Assembly (NCBI RefSeq): GCF_028641065.1
Contig: NC_073404.1
Location: 12,338,001 to 12,402,000, forward strand
DNA length: 64,000 nt
Direction: 5' to 3'
Source of the DNA: Leucoraja erinacea
Taxonomy: Eukaryota
The notes below the pieces were generated by a model, which worked only from the letters and a program-made list of their open reading frames with translations, made no database searches and had not been told where the DNA came from. Positions 35,901 through 48,764 of the stretch are shown piece by piece (position 1 is the first letter of the stretch; the number at the start of each line of letters is the position of its first letter). Both the position numbers and the translations under genes were made by a program.

Positions 35901-38900
35901 AACGGAGATGAGGAAACACATTTTGAGAGTTGTGAGTCCGTGAAATTCTCTGCCTCAGAGGGCGGTGCAGACCGGTTCTTTGGATACTTTCAAGAGAGAG
36001 TTAGATAGGGCTCTTAATGATAGCGGAGTCAGGGGATATGGGGAGAAGGCAAGAACGGGGTACTGATTGGGGATGATCAGCCATGATTACATTGAATAGA
36101 GACCCAGCCTACTCAACCTCTCCCTATAACTCACGGCCTCTAGTCCTATCAACATCCTTGTAAATCTTTTCTGAACCCTTTAAACTTGACACCATTTTTC
36201 CATTAGTTGAAGTTACAAGGACTGGGGCATGGGTTGAAGGTTTTAGAATGGGGATAGAGGGGATGGGAGAACATTCTTACACAGTGAGGGATAATGCCTG
36301 TAACTCTGTGCCCAGGCCGTGAGTGGAGGCAGAAATGGACAGTGGTGTTGGGAGGAAATTAAATAAATGTTAGAGGGGAGTGAACAGGCAGGACTACAAT
36401 GAGACCGAAGGGCGACCTGCAGAGAGCTGGCATGCTGGATGGGCCGAACAGCAGCCTCCTTGCCCCACTGTAATCAGCAACTCAATCTTACAATCCAGTC
36501 ACATTCGTTCTTACCTCGCTCGTTCAGAAGAACGTTCTCCATCTGAAAAGGTTAAAGGTCAGAATTTAAAGTGCTTCACCACAGACGTTTACCTTCACCT
36601 CTCTGACCACAGCAACACTGGGATAATGAACCATCGCTGGCTATAGTAACTCGGCAGAACCTCAACACCACTGTCTGTCACTACTCAGCCTCCCCCTCCC
36701 CTTCCCCCCCATTACAAACAATTACCTCCGTGTGGTCTCCACTCCTTGATGCAGGAGCTCAGAAGATAGCAGCGACCCAGACGGTCTCGCCAGCTCTTCC
36801 GCATTTCCATATCTTATTCCCAGCTTCGAGTGCGGCGAGGTCCACCATAGTCATACAGCCCAGAAACTAGCCCATGCCAACCAAGGTGTTGTATCTAAAC
36901 TAGCTCTATCCATATACCTGTCCAAATGTATTTTAAATGTCTTTACGGTACTTGCCTCAACTAGGTCTTCTGATAACTCATTCCATATCCCCACCACGTC
37001 TGAGTTACTTTCGCCTCTCACCTTAAACTTATATCCTTGGTACTTGAATCCCCTCCCCTCGGAAAAAAACTCCCATAGTGCAGCGCTCCCTGACCGCGCC
37101 TCCCACTGCGTGGCACCCCCTCACCGCCCCTCCCAACGCGTGGTACTCCCCATAGAACAACGCTCCCTCACCGCTCCTCACTCAGTGCAACAGGATATGG
37201 GCCACAGGGCAAGAGTAACCTCTCCCTACCTTCACGTCCCGGTGAATAACTCCAAAATCATGAAGGAAACCTCAGGAGACAAAAAAGCAAACAGAGATGC
37301 ATAATTCTTTGCCATTTCCAAACACTGCAAAATGATCCTACCACATCATCCCATCCCCACTCATTTTCACTTTCTATAGAGTGCTCCCTCTGCACAGCAC
37401 TTCACTCCTTCTCTGCCCCCTTCCACAGTGCGACGCTCCCTCACCATTTCTCCCAGTGTGGTGCTCCCTCACTGCCCCTCCCACAGTGCAGCCCTCCCTC
37501 ACTGCCCCTCCGACAGAGCACAGTTCCCTCAACACCCCTCCCAGTCCCAACCCCTCCCCCCCATCTTCCCAAACACTCACCAATGGCAGAACCCAACTCA
37601 GCTGCGAACACCCGCACTCTGCCCTCCGCCAGCGGCTTCTGGGCGGCCCAGAATCTGCCAAGGTCCCCATCATGGTGGTAGTCGCACTCTGCAAGGAGAA
37701 CCAGAGCAGTCAGGTCGTCATTCAGTCAGCCAGCCACCCTGAGGTGGGACATTTCAGCAGGGCTCAGAGACTCCCAGAGACTCCCGGCTCAACCAAAATC
37801 AGAGCTTGAAACCATCCCGATACCAGGAGCAACTCAGATCATCAGTCATGGAATCAGGCCAATCGGCCCAACATCCTTGCAAACCAAGATGTCCATATAA
37901 GCTTGTCCGATTTACCCAACCGAGGTCCACATCTCTCTAAACCTATCCCATCATGCCTAATTTCGCTGTGCTGTGCAAACGTGACTATCCAAATGCCTTT
38001 TAATCGTAATTGTGTCCACCTCAACCACTTCCTCTTTGAATAAGGTCACCCTTCATTCTTCTAAACTCCAAAGAATACTGGCTGAAAATGGCTCATCTCT
38101 CTTGGTAGGCCTACTTTCTCACCCCAGGAATTAGCCTGGGGAATCAACAATGGGTTGTCTCCATTGCTCCCACATTTTTTTTTTAAACTAACGAGGCCAA
38201 TACTATGCACAGTATTCTCGGTGAGGTCTCACCAACACCCTGTGCAATTGGAACAAAACCTCCCCATTCTTAAACTCCAACCCCTTCACAATGGAGGCCA
38301 CAGTGCTGTTTGCCTTCATAACTAGCTGCATGCAAGCCTTTTGTGATTCATGCACTAGAACACCTCAATTCCTCTTAACTTTACTCAGTCTCTCCAGTTA
38401 GATAACAAACAATCCCCAATCCCAAAGCATCGATGTGGATAAGTTGTGCCGAAGGCCCTGTATGACTTTATCAAACAGCCGACTCCTACAAACATCGACA
38501 TTTCAGGCTTTTCATCTCCTTCACTCTCTCATTTAACCATGTCTGTCCCCAGCTTATCTCAAACTTACACAAGAGCCTGTTCAGCTACTTAACATCGTGC
38601 TGCCTCAAGAAACAATCGAATTAACGTGATTCACCATTCTCTCACCCCTATAGACGTGAAGATTAATTCAGCTCACAGTTGGAAGTTCACGGTTTAACCT
38701 GTTCCCAGAAAAGGTTCCAATACAGCAACACACCAGGCTTTTTCCAGTTTCAACATGCATCTCAAGTCCCTCACCTAGCTATTGTTTGAGTGAACCTCCC
38801 TGCACCCAGGGTATTAAAGGTCAGACCACTCTTTATTCTCCTTGCTGGCTCAGTTGCTCTCCTTGTTGGTTGAGAGCAAAGATTATGCTCCTCTATAATC

Positions 38901-41900
38901 TTTAGTTGAGAGTGATCTCACGTAATTCACAAAGGCACCTGAACAATCTGGCGTGCTTCGGTAACAGCAAGGGTGGAGCGACAGGAAGAGATGCTACTCT
39001 AAAGGCCGGTAACTAAGACACACACACACACACACACTGCACCACAAAAACCCAGCCGGTGCCGGGAGCTCAGCGGCACGCCGGTGAACTCACTAATGAA
39101 GAGCAGCCGTGAAGTCTGCCAACATTCCCGAACTCCCTGCACGAAGGGATGGAGGACCTGCTTCTGGGAATTGAACGAGAAGAAAAAAGAGCATTTCCAC
39201 AAACTGCTCCCAAGGTGCGGGCAGCAGGAGGAAGGGAGAAGAGTGGTGGGACGAACACTGTAGCAACAACAGGATCCACATTGCGGGGGGGGGGGGGGGG
39301 GGGTGGTGCAGATTGTAACTGGGTTACATTGTTACAGTGCTCAACCCCAGCTAATCTACATCTTACCTCCTGCTCATCTTGGCTCCATGTCTAATCCAAC
39401 AGAATTTGTCCCCCAGATATTTACAGCTCCAGATTCCCACTCTCCCTGCCCCATGAAAAAATGTTTCTCTTTGTTTTACCTCAAATACAAAACTCACCAG
39501 AACAAATAACTTCTAGCTATTGTATTATTTTATCAGAGAACACCCAACTAAGGGGAGATTTGACCTACTGAGCCTGGGTAGAGTTTTTAGCAGAGGAGAT
39601 CAACTGGTCCCACAGACCCCTACACCTGGACAGGAACATTGAACATAAAACAGTGCACCACAGGAACAGGCCCTTTGCCCCACAGTACCCATCTCTCTCC
39701 CACCTCTGTGCAGAACATGATGCCAAGTTAAACTAATCTCCTCTGGTTCCACATGATCCATATTCCTCCATATCCATGTTGCTGACCAGCCTCTCCTTAT
39801 AACTAAAACCCACTAATCCAAGCAGCATTCTGGCAAACTGCACCCTCCGAAACCTCCACAAACTTCTTTTAATGAGGTGACTGGAACTGCACACAATGCA
39901 GCTGAACCAAATCCCTATAAAGCTGCAACATGACTCGCCAACTCTTATACTCAATATCCCGTATGCTATATGCCTTGTTTACCACTCTACCTTCATGTGT
40001 TTGCCACTTTCAGGGAAGTGTGCCTTTTTTTAACTTCGGGTGGAAAGATATTACACAGGGTTTCTGATTAGCCGCAGGGAAACCGTGACAACATGAGATT
40101 AGTGCGGGATGGATGGATAGTTCCAACTGGACCAGGTGGCCCTGCTCGACTTCATCATTTCAGAAGTTCTAGGACTGAATTAGGCCATTCGGCCCATCGT
40201 ATCTCCTCTGCCATTTAATCATGATTGATCTATCTTTTCCTCTCAACCCCATTCTCCTGCCTTCCCCCCATAGACCCTGACATCTTTACTAATCAAGAAT
40301 CTGTCAACCTTAAAAATATCCATTGACTTGGCTTCCGCAGCCATCTGTGGCAATGAACTGCCCCGTCATGGGGCAAAGTTGGAAGCTCCACATAGGAGCT
40401 TCTCGCCCATTAGCTCACCACACGAACAAGACGGGCTTTTCACCAATATTGTCTAGGTCCAAGGTCCCTGTCTCAGGCTCCGAGCAGGCAGAAACATTTT
40501 GCATCAAACAATGATATCAAAATTAAGAAGGCAACTTTGAAAAACAACTCCATAGCAAAGTAGCAAAATAGAATAGCAGCCAATGGCATTATTACCAGCA
40601 AGCTTTCTAAAGCAACCTTGCTTGGAAACAGTATTTAGGATGATGAGGATAGATGCAAATGAGATAAAGGAAGGATTTTGACTGAATGTCATGGTCAAGG
40701 ACAAATGATCCAGGAAAAGACCGAGCACGGGTTTATAAAGGTAAATCTTTGTCCCTCCCAGAGAGAATGGGACTGTTGTGTTTATTTTTTTTTAAAGACA
40801 CATACAGCCAGAGTAACTCAGCGGTTCAGGCAGCATCTGGAGAACATGAATGGGTGGCGTCTTGGGTCGGGAACCTTCGTCAGGCTGTTTATTCACTTTT
40901 CTTCACATAAAATCCCTAGTAGCTAATTTTGTCCCTCATCTCAATTTTTTGGATAGTGATCTGTGGATTCTATATTTGCAAATTCCTTTATCCAAATGGC
41001 CCTAAAGCTAGAAGGCAAATGGAAAAGGCTTTTTTTTGCAAAGGGTATGCAGTATGAAAGTATTAAGCTGTGATGAAGTTTATGGAACTCAGACGAGACT
41101 GCACCCGGATTGGTGCGTAGTTTTGATCTGGGATGTGCCTGCATTGGTGAACGTGCAAACTTCACACACACTGTGCCCAAGGTCAGGATTGAACCTAGGT
41201 CTCTGGTCCTGTGAGACAGCAGCCCTCTCTACTGGACCTCTGTGTTGCCTATTATAAAGCTGAGATTAGATCAACCAGAAGCAGGATCCAGATGCTGCTT
41301 GCTGAAGATCCTGGTTCTTATTAGAGGGTTGAGATATAAAAGTTTACGATAAATCACATGCAATCTGTGTTTGATGTCATGGGTAGGTCGGATTGGGGGT
41401 GGGATGGGGGCAGAGGGGTGATAGACAGAAGGAACTGATAGGTAGATCCAGTTGCACGCAGACTCAGTACCTGGATTACAACTGCATCCTTGCATTGCTG
41501 CAGGACTCCCTGTCGCACAACCTCCGCCTTCAGTAGCACCTTGGGGGAAGCATTGGATACAGTCAGAAGCTGCAGCGTGACTGTGTACAGGGCAAGCTCG
41601 TTCACCAGCAACAAGTCAACCATTCAGGACGTGCTTTCACCCCAGCCTAACCGCACGAATCTTCCATCATTTTCACTCTACTTCTACTACCAATGAATTG
41701 AAGAGTTCACATTGTATCGTCCACAAACAAACACTGTCAGCGGGCGGGTTTGAGACATATCCAGCAAAATACTTTTGTTTAGCTTGAAATGAAGCATGTT
41801 ATCAATATAGTCTAGGCAGACTTTCATACTGTACCTAACCCCTGCTGTCCCTGCTCTCACAGTGTGTGATCAGATAGCGTAGATGGACAGTGTAGAGGAA

Positions 41901-44900
41901 CCTCACTGTATCTGAGAGTGTGTGATGGGACGTTGTAGACGGAGCTTCACTCTGTGCCTGACCCTGGAGGTGTGTGATGGTTCGGTGCCAAGGAAGATTC
42001 ACTGTACGTCTAACCCGCACTATCCTGGGAATGTTCAGCTTACACTTATACATTTGCTCCCTGTGCATATACGTACTTTCAATGCGTAAGTCTTCTCCAC
42101 AGTCCTTTGGCGGACTTTCAGAATTGGTCCCAAGGAGCCCCTTGCAATGAACTCAATATCCTAAAAGGGGAAATAAAACAAAGTATTCTGTGAGCAGGAG
42201 TCATTTGAGCAGTGGTGTTTGGATACATTAACTCAGGTGGATAAAACTCTGGGCCCAGTAACTAAGCATCAAATACCGGTGCTTCTTCATTTCGTGCTTG
42301 GCTCTGCTCTGAATTCAATAAACATGTCCCGTGACCAGCTAGTTTCAAAAGAGCAGCAAGAAGCCACAGATGCTGGAAATCCAAAATAAAAACAGAGGAA
42401 GCTCAATCTATTTTCAAGCACTAACTTGATATACCTACTCAGCATTTCAGCTAAGGAACAGGCCATTCAGCCCCTTCACCCCGTGTTAACCTCACCCCTC
42501 TCATCTCAACATTTTAATTTGGGAGATAGAGCTCTTCAAGTCCGCGCTGACCAACGATCACCCATACACAATGTTATTCCAGTTTTGCATCCTCCACACC
42601 AGGGGCAATTTACAGAAGGCATTTAACCTCCAAACCTGCATGTCTTTGGAATGTGGGAGGAAACCGGAGAAAACCCATGCGGTCACAGGGAGAACATGTA
42701 AACTCCACTCAGACAGCACCTGTAGTTTGGATCAAACCCGGGTTTCTGGCACTGTAACTCTGCCGCTGCACTACAATTCTGCCCTATATCTTCCTATTTC
42801 TCTTTCATGGAACAGAACTGCGCACGCACAGACCCTTTGAGCCCACAATGTCTGTGTCAAATGTGATGCCAAGTTAAACTAACCTCCTCTATCTGCATGT
42901 GTTCCATGTCTCCCCATTCCCTGCACATCCATGTGTCTTTCTAAACAGACACATAAAATATTTTATGCTTGTGAAGTATATTAAGTTAGAAAATGGTTGC
43001 AGATTACAACGGTTAAATGTTCAAATGTTAACAATTTCCTTTGGTTCTGAATTATTACAAGATCTTTCTGTACCTAGTTTAAAAGTATTTTTCTCCTCAA
43101 TATGCCATCAACAAGAGATTATTTAAAAGTTAAGCATCAAACAATGGGCAAGGGAAGATCATTTCTGCATTGAACGCATGAAACTGAAGGGAACTGATCA
43201 TGTGAATAAACAATGCGAGCTGCCCTGCCCATAGAGACAGGCAGAAGACAAGGAAATCAAGTCACATTTCAAACACGATGATTTAATGGTAATGGTAAGG
43301 AAATGCCAACCATCATAGGACTCTAGAACGGCACTGCCCAAAGATCCTATAGCTATGATAATAATATATTTTATTGTCATTGCACGTCAGTGCAACGAGA
43401 TTTAGTATGCAGCTCCAACCGATGAAAAAGAAAAGTAAAATAAATAAATAAGCTGTGTGTCCAAAGAAGACTCATAATTTGAAGGGCAAGTTTTTCACAT
43501 ACACGGTCGTGGACATACAGAACAACCCGCCAAGGGAAGTAGCAGAGACACGTAAAATTATAATGTTCACAAGACACCTGGACAGGTACAGTGAACGATT
43601 TAGGGGGACATGGGACAAATGTAGGTAAATGGGACTAGATTCAATAGGCACCTTGGTCACTATGGATGAGTTGGGCCAAAAGGACTGTTTGTGGACTAAT
43701 TGACCCTCCATAATCTATAAATCTCCACCCAATACCTTAAACTGTGCCCCCAGTTTTTGTATCACTTTCCAATCTGGCACCTTCCCCATATCTAGAGAAG
43801 ATCAGGAGGATGCAGCAGCCCTCCCACTATCTCTAACATCCACCCCTCCTCAACTTCTCTCAACAACCTTGGATGTACACTCTCTGTATGGTGCAAATTA
43901 TTCTGACCACCAGCACAGCCACCTAACCAGCACAGTGGTGCAGCTCGTAGAGTCGCTGCCTCACAGCGAACGAGACCCAGTCTCGGTCCAGACCTCAGGT
44001 GCTGTCTGTGTGGAATTTGCACATTCACCCTGTGACCATGTGGGTCTCCCCTGGTTTCCTCCCTGATCTAAAAGGCTAGTGGTTTGTAAGTTAATTGGTC
44101 TCTGTAAATATCCCTCAGTGTGCAAGGACCATATGAGAAAATGACATAACATAGAACAAATGTGAAAAAAAGACAAAGTACTGGAGTAACTCAGCAGGTG
44201 ACGTTTTGGATCAGTAGAAGGGTCCTGACCCAAAACGTCACCAATTCATGTCTCCAGAGATGCTGCCTGACCCACTAAGTCACTCCAGCACTGGGTCTTT
44301 TTTTGTCAACCAGCATCTGCATTTTCTTCTTTCCATATGGAACTATTGTGAAGGGGTGATCGATGGTCAGTGCAGGCTCAGTGAGCCAAATGGCCTGTTT
44401 CCGTGCTGGATCTTTCAAATGATTTAAATAATCTATTATGTTTGTTTTATGACAGAGGGGATTAACCGCATTTATCCAGTGACATTTCAATTCTATAAGA
44501 GTAAACAGACGCTGAGCTTTGGATCACCAGAGGTACCTGGAATTCCTGATCAATATGCTGCGATTTGTAAGGAAAGACTGGGAAGAAGAGAGAGATGAAG
44601 CGAGGAAAGGGCCAGCCAGTGCATGCATGCTTGAGAGACTCAGCTCGCATCCCGACTGGTAGTAGTTGTTCTTGTTCGTACTTTCCACCAGTTCGGAAAG
44701 ATCCCGAACACCAGCTCGAGAGGGAGACTCCCACTTTGGACAAAGCGCCTTTCCATTTCGAAGCGAGCACCAACTTACTGGTGGGTTCACTGCCCTGGTC
44801 AGAGAACAAGAGAGAAAGAGGTAAAAAGGCAGGGAACAGAGCAACAACCCTTGACTGGTAAATCAGACCCACCAGCAGATGAGAATACTCCCTCCTGAGC

Positions 44901-45459
44901 AAAAGTTTGTTGGTTTAAATAAGTGGCGTGGTTGGATGTCGTAGCAGTTCAAGGGGATGGGTCAGGTTAGGGTGGTGGGGAGTTTCATTATTCCCCCCAA
45001 GGGGGGAATGCAAGGCACCAAGGTCTGTGACAGGTTGGGAGAGTACTCAATGTGGGGATGAAATGAGTTGGTGGGGGGGCAGAGGTGGTTGAGGGGGAAG
45101 AGATGGGGATGAGGACGAAGTGGTGAGAGAACTAGATAGGGCTCATAAAGATAGCGGAGTCAGGGGATATGGGGAGAAGGCAGGAACGGGGTACTGATTG
45201 GGGATGATCAGCCATGATCACACTGAATGGCGGTGCTGGCTCGAAGGGCCGAATGGCCTACTCCTGCACCTACTGTCTATAGTGAGGGGTGAGGGGGAAG
45301 AGGTGGGGCTGAGGGGCAGTGGGAATGGAGAGCAGAGGTCTGCGTGCTTCCCTCTCCCCGATCTTCCCATCCTGTCCCCTCATCTTTCTCCCCCCCCCGC
45401 GGTGAGCCGGGCTTCGGGCCCGTGTCCCTTACCCGGGCCGCGCTCCGCCCGTTGCCCAT
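32679..45459 (-). CDS. RSKR: Ribosomal protein S6 kinase-related protein (SGK494)-like, 12 exons, 399 aa
   Basis: Exons of 27+258+84+69+70+108+41+28+90+89+111+225 = 1200 nt join in frame; [16 protein letters not shown]-terminal motif, YALK, HRDVKMEN, DFG, APE, DWWSLG, C-terminal FPDFD. Confidence 0.93.
33755..33865 (-). CDS. RSKR: RSKR-like exon 11
   Basis: tcccag|[16 protein letters not shown]...FLLAE|gtaccc. Confidence 0.9.
34755..34897. mobile_element. 143-bp hAT-type MITE
   Basis: TIRs CAGTGGTGGACT / AGTCCGCTACTG flanked by a perfect 8-bp TSD CACCCTGG (34747-34754 and 34898-34905). Confidence 0.85.
34952..35040 (-). CDS. RSKR: RSKR-like exon 10
   Basis: tcacag|[30 protein letters not shown]|gtaatg. 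Confidence 0.95.
35225..35314 (-). CDS. RSKR: RSKR-like exon 9
   Basis: tctcag|[13 protein letters not shown]...TICGTIGYM|gtgagc. Confidence 0.95.
35446..36095 (+). mobile_element. CR1-clade LINE 3' fragment
   Basis: [49 protein letters not shown] then stop; same family as 21881-22950. Confidence 0.9.
36515..36542 (-). CDS. RSKR: RSKR-like exon 8 (28 nt)
   Basis: tttcag|[10 protein letters not shown]|gtaaga. Confidence 0.9.
37230..37270 (-). CDS. RSKR: RSKR-like exon 7
   Basis: cctgag|[14 protein letters not shown]|gtaggg. Confidence 0.9.
37581..37688 (-). CDS. RSKR: RSKR-like exon 6
   Basis: ttgcag|[10 protein letters not shown]...[12 protein letters not shown]|gtgagt. Confidence 0.9.
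39094..39163 (-). CDS. RSKR: RSKR-like exon 5
   Basis: tcccag|[23 protein letters not shown]|gtgagt. Confidence 0.9.
41471..41539 (-). CDS. RSKR: RSKR-like exon 4
   Basis: cccaag|[23 protein letters not shown]|gtactg. Confidence 0.88.
42077..42160 (-). CDS. RSKR: RSKR-like exon 3 (Gly loop, VAIK Lys)
   Basis: ttttag|[28 protein letters not shown]|gtacgt. Confidence 0.9.
44537..44794 (-). CDS. RSKR: RSKR-like exon 2
   Basis: gaccag|GSEPTSK...[15 protein letters not shown]...EFQ|gtacct. Confidence 0.85.
45433..45459 (-). CDS. RSKR: RSKR-like exon 1 coding part
   Basis: gctgccATGG Kozak in a CpG island; MGNGRSAAR|gtaagg, phase 0 fits exon 2. Confidence 0.75.
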
Positions 45460-45494
45460 GGCAGCGAATCGGGCCGCTCACTCTCACAGCACTG

Positions 45495-45712
45495 TCCGCG
45501 GCACGCCGGGATACTGGAGGACCGACCCGGCACTGCACTCCCGCGGAACGCCGGGATGCAGGAGGACCGGCCCGGCACTGCCCATCAAAGATCTTATAGC
45601 GGAGCGCTCCGCTATAAGATCTTTGCTGCCCTCCCGCGGCACGCCGGGATACTGGAGGACTCTAGAACGGCACTGCCTAAAGATCCCATAGCTATCAAAG
45701 ATCCTATAGATT
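45495..45712. repeat. GC-rich tandem repeat (3 units) with an embedded perfect 40-bp palindrome in the RSKR promoter/5'UTR
   Basis: CCGCGG(C/A)ACGCCGGGAT..GGAGGAC..CGGCACTG x3; CAAAGATCTTATAGCGGAGCGCTCCGCTATAAGATCTTTG at 45586-45625. Confidence 0.85.
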
Positions 45713-46098
45713 CCAAACACATAAAATACGCTGGAAATCCTTAGGCACTCCGTGGAATGAGAAACAGAGACTGATTTCAAACTATTCCTGGTCAGGGGAG
45801 GGGTCTCCTCTGGATTAGAACGACTAGAAAAGCCAAAGTGAACACCAACCTTGTGAACAGTCCACGAGTTCCCTGACTCCATCCCGCAATGACCTTCTGC
45901 ATGTTTGCCCTTGCACAGTTCTAATGAAAGACAAATGCAAGTGTCTAAAAGGATTTTGGATAGACACATTGATATGCAGGGAATGGAGGGATATGGATGT
46001 GTAGGAAGAAACTGCAGATGCTGGTTTACATCGAAGATAGACACAAAATGTTGGAGTAACTCAGAGTGACTGGCAGCATCTCTGGTGAGAATGAATGT

Positions 46099-48172
46099 TC
46101 AAGTTCAAGTGAGTTTATTGTCATGTGTCCCTGTATAGGACAATGAAATTCTTGCTTTGCTTAAGCACACAGAAAAAAATAGTAGGCATTTACTACAAAA
46201 CAGATAAATGTGTCCATATACCATGATATAAATATATACACACATGAATAATTAAACTGGTAAAGTGCAAATAACAGAAAGTGGTTATTAATAATCAAAG
46301 TTTTGTCCGAGCCAGGTTAAATGCCTGATGGCTGAGGGGAAGTAGCTATTCCTGAACCTGGTTGTTGCAGTCTTCAGGCTCCTGTACCTTCTACCTGAAG
46401 GTAGCAGGGAGAAGAGTGTGTGTCCAGGATGGTGTGGGTCTTTGATGATACTGCCAGCCTTTTTGAGGCAGCGACTGCGATAAATCCCCTCGATGGAAGG
46501 AAGGTCAGAGCTGATGATGGACTGGGCAGTGTTTACTACTTTTTGTAGTCTTTTCCTCTCCAGGGCACTCAAATTGCCGAACCAAGCCACAATGCAACTG
46601 GTCAGCATGCTCTCGACTGTGCACCTGTAGAAGTTAGAGAGAGTCTTCCTTGACAATCCGACTCTCAGTAATCTTCTCAGGAAGTAGAGGCGCTGATGAG
46701 CTTTTTTGATAATTGCGTTAGTGTTCTCGGACCAGGAAAGATCTTCAGAGATGTGCACGCCCAGGAATTTGAAGTTCTTGACCCTTTCAACCATCATATT
46801 GATATAAATGGGGCTGTGGGTCCCCCTCCTACTCCTTCCAAAGTCCACAATCAGTTCCTTGTTTTGCTGGTGTTGAGGGCCAGGTTATTGCGCTGACACC
46901 ATATGGACAGTTGCTCGATCTCTCTTCTGTATTCTGACTCGTCCCCATCATTGATACGCTCCACAATAGTGGTGTCATCAGCGAACTTGATGATGGAGTT
47001 CGCACTGTGGTTCGCTACGCAGTCATGGGTGTAGAGTGAGTACAGCAGAGGGCTGAGCACGCAGCCTTTAGGTGCTCCCGTGCTGATTGTTATTGAGGCT
47101 GACACATTTCCACCAATACGAACAGACTAGTCTGTGGATGAGGAAGTCGAGGATCCAGTTGCAGAGGGATGCACAGAGACCCAGTTCTGCGAGCTTGCTA
47201 ACCAGTTTGGAGGGGATGATTTTATTAAATGCCGAGCTGTAATCAATGAATAACAGTCTGACATATGAGTTTTTGTTGTCCAAGTGGTCCAGTGCGGAGT
47301 GGAGGGCCAGCGAGATTGCATCCACCGTTGATCTGTTGTGGCGGTACGCGAACTGCAGTGGGTCCAGGTTTTTGTCAAGGTAGGAGTTGATTTGCTCCAT
47401 GATCAACCTCTCAAAGCACTTCGTCACCACCGGCGTTAGTGCCACTGGTCGATAGTCATTGAGGCACGTCACCTTACTCTTCTTGGGCACCGGTATAATT
47501 GATGCCCTTTTAAAGCAGGTGGGGACCTCAGACCTCAGAAGTGAGAGGTTGAAAATGTCCGTAAAAACTCCCGCCAGTTGGTCCGCACAGGTTTTTAGAA
47601 CACGACCGGGTATACCATCAGGACCAGGTGCTTTTCGGGGGTTCACCCCTCTGAAGGATTTCCTGACATCGGCCTCTGTGACTGAGACTGAAATGCCATC
47701 ACAGCGAATGGGGGCTCGGGAAGGCACATCAGTATTCTCCCTGTCAAAGCGTGCGTAAAACGCATTGAGCTCGTCAGGGAGTGATGTAACACCGGCATTC
47801 GAGCTGCCTCCTGTTTTTGCCTTGTAGGAGGTGATTGCATTCAGACCCTGCCACAGCTGCCGAACATCTGCCTCGTCCTCCAGTTTGGAGCAGAAGTCCC
47901 TTTTGGCCTTTTTGATGGCCTTACCAAGGTCGTATCTGGTCTTCATGTAGGCCACTGTATCATTGGAGGTGAATGCCCTGTATCTGGACTTCAGGAGAGT
48001 GCGGATCTCAAAGTTCATCCAAGGTTTCTGATTGGGAAACACTCGGAAGGTTTTTGTAGGGATGCAGTCCACCACACATTTCTTTATGAAGTCTGTAACG
48101 ACTGTGGCATATTCGTTCAAGTCCGTTGCCGAGTCCTTGAACATTGCCCAGTCTACAGACTCCAAACAGTCT
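46099..48172 (-). mobile_element. Rex1/Babar-type LINE, 5'-truncated, two frameshifts
   Basis: ORFs 47068-48165, 46851-47105 and 46288-46848 give KAPGPDGIP..YRPVALT..LQFAYR..FIDYSSAFN..KFADDTT; GACAATAAAC...(CTTGAA)n tail; inserted inside a Penelope-derived foldback. Confidence 0.93.
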
Positions 48173-48764
48173 GTGTGATTTCGAGTCGAGACCCTTCAGA
48201 CCTCGACCCAAAACGTCACCCATTCCTTCTCCTCAGAGATGCTGCCAGTCCACTGAGGTACTCCAGCATTTTGTGTCTTATATGGATCATGTGTAGACAG
48301 GAAATTGTTTAACCTTGGCATTACGTCCAACATGGATGTTGTGGGCTTAAGGACATGTCCCTGTGCTGTGTTAATAATGGAATGAATGACAGCAATCATG
48401 TCGTCAAATTACCAAATTAGAATATGATTAGCACCTCACTATCCAGCAGCCATGCAACCTTCAGGACTGGATATCGGAATACAATTTCAGGTAAGATTTT
48501 GCAGAAGTCCTGCCTTCACTGTTTGTGATAAGGTCTCCACAGATGGGCCTGAATGGTGTTTCAGAGTCCATTTTACTTCACATTTCCCAGCAATTATTCA
48601 CTATATTTCAGATGCCGCGTTCTTTTTGCTGTGTGACCATCATCTATTCACAGTCCCTCCTCACAGATCAGTTGCAATTAACAAAGCAATGGAATTTTCA
48701 AACCATTCTCACTAGAGGTCAGGTCCCACTTGCACAGAGACAGCGTCACACGGGGGGGGGGGGG

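Noticed and set aside
46288-48165. Autonomous LINE
   Set aside because: 5'-truncated (no endonuclease domain or ORF1) and split over three frames
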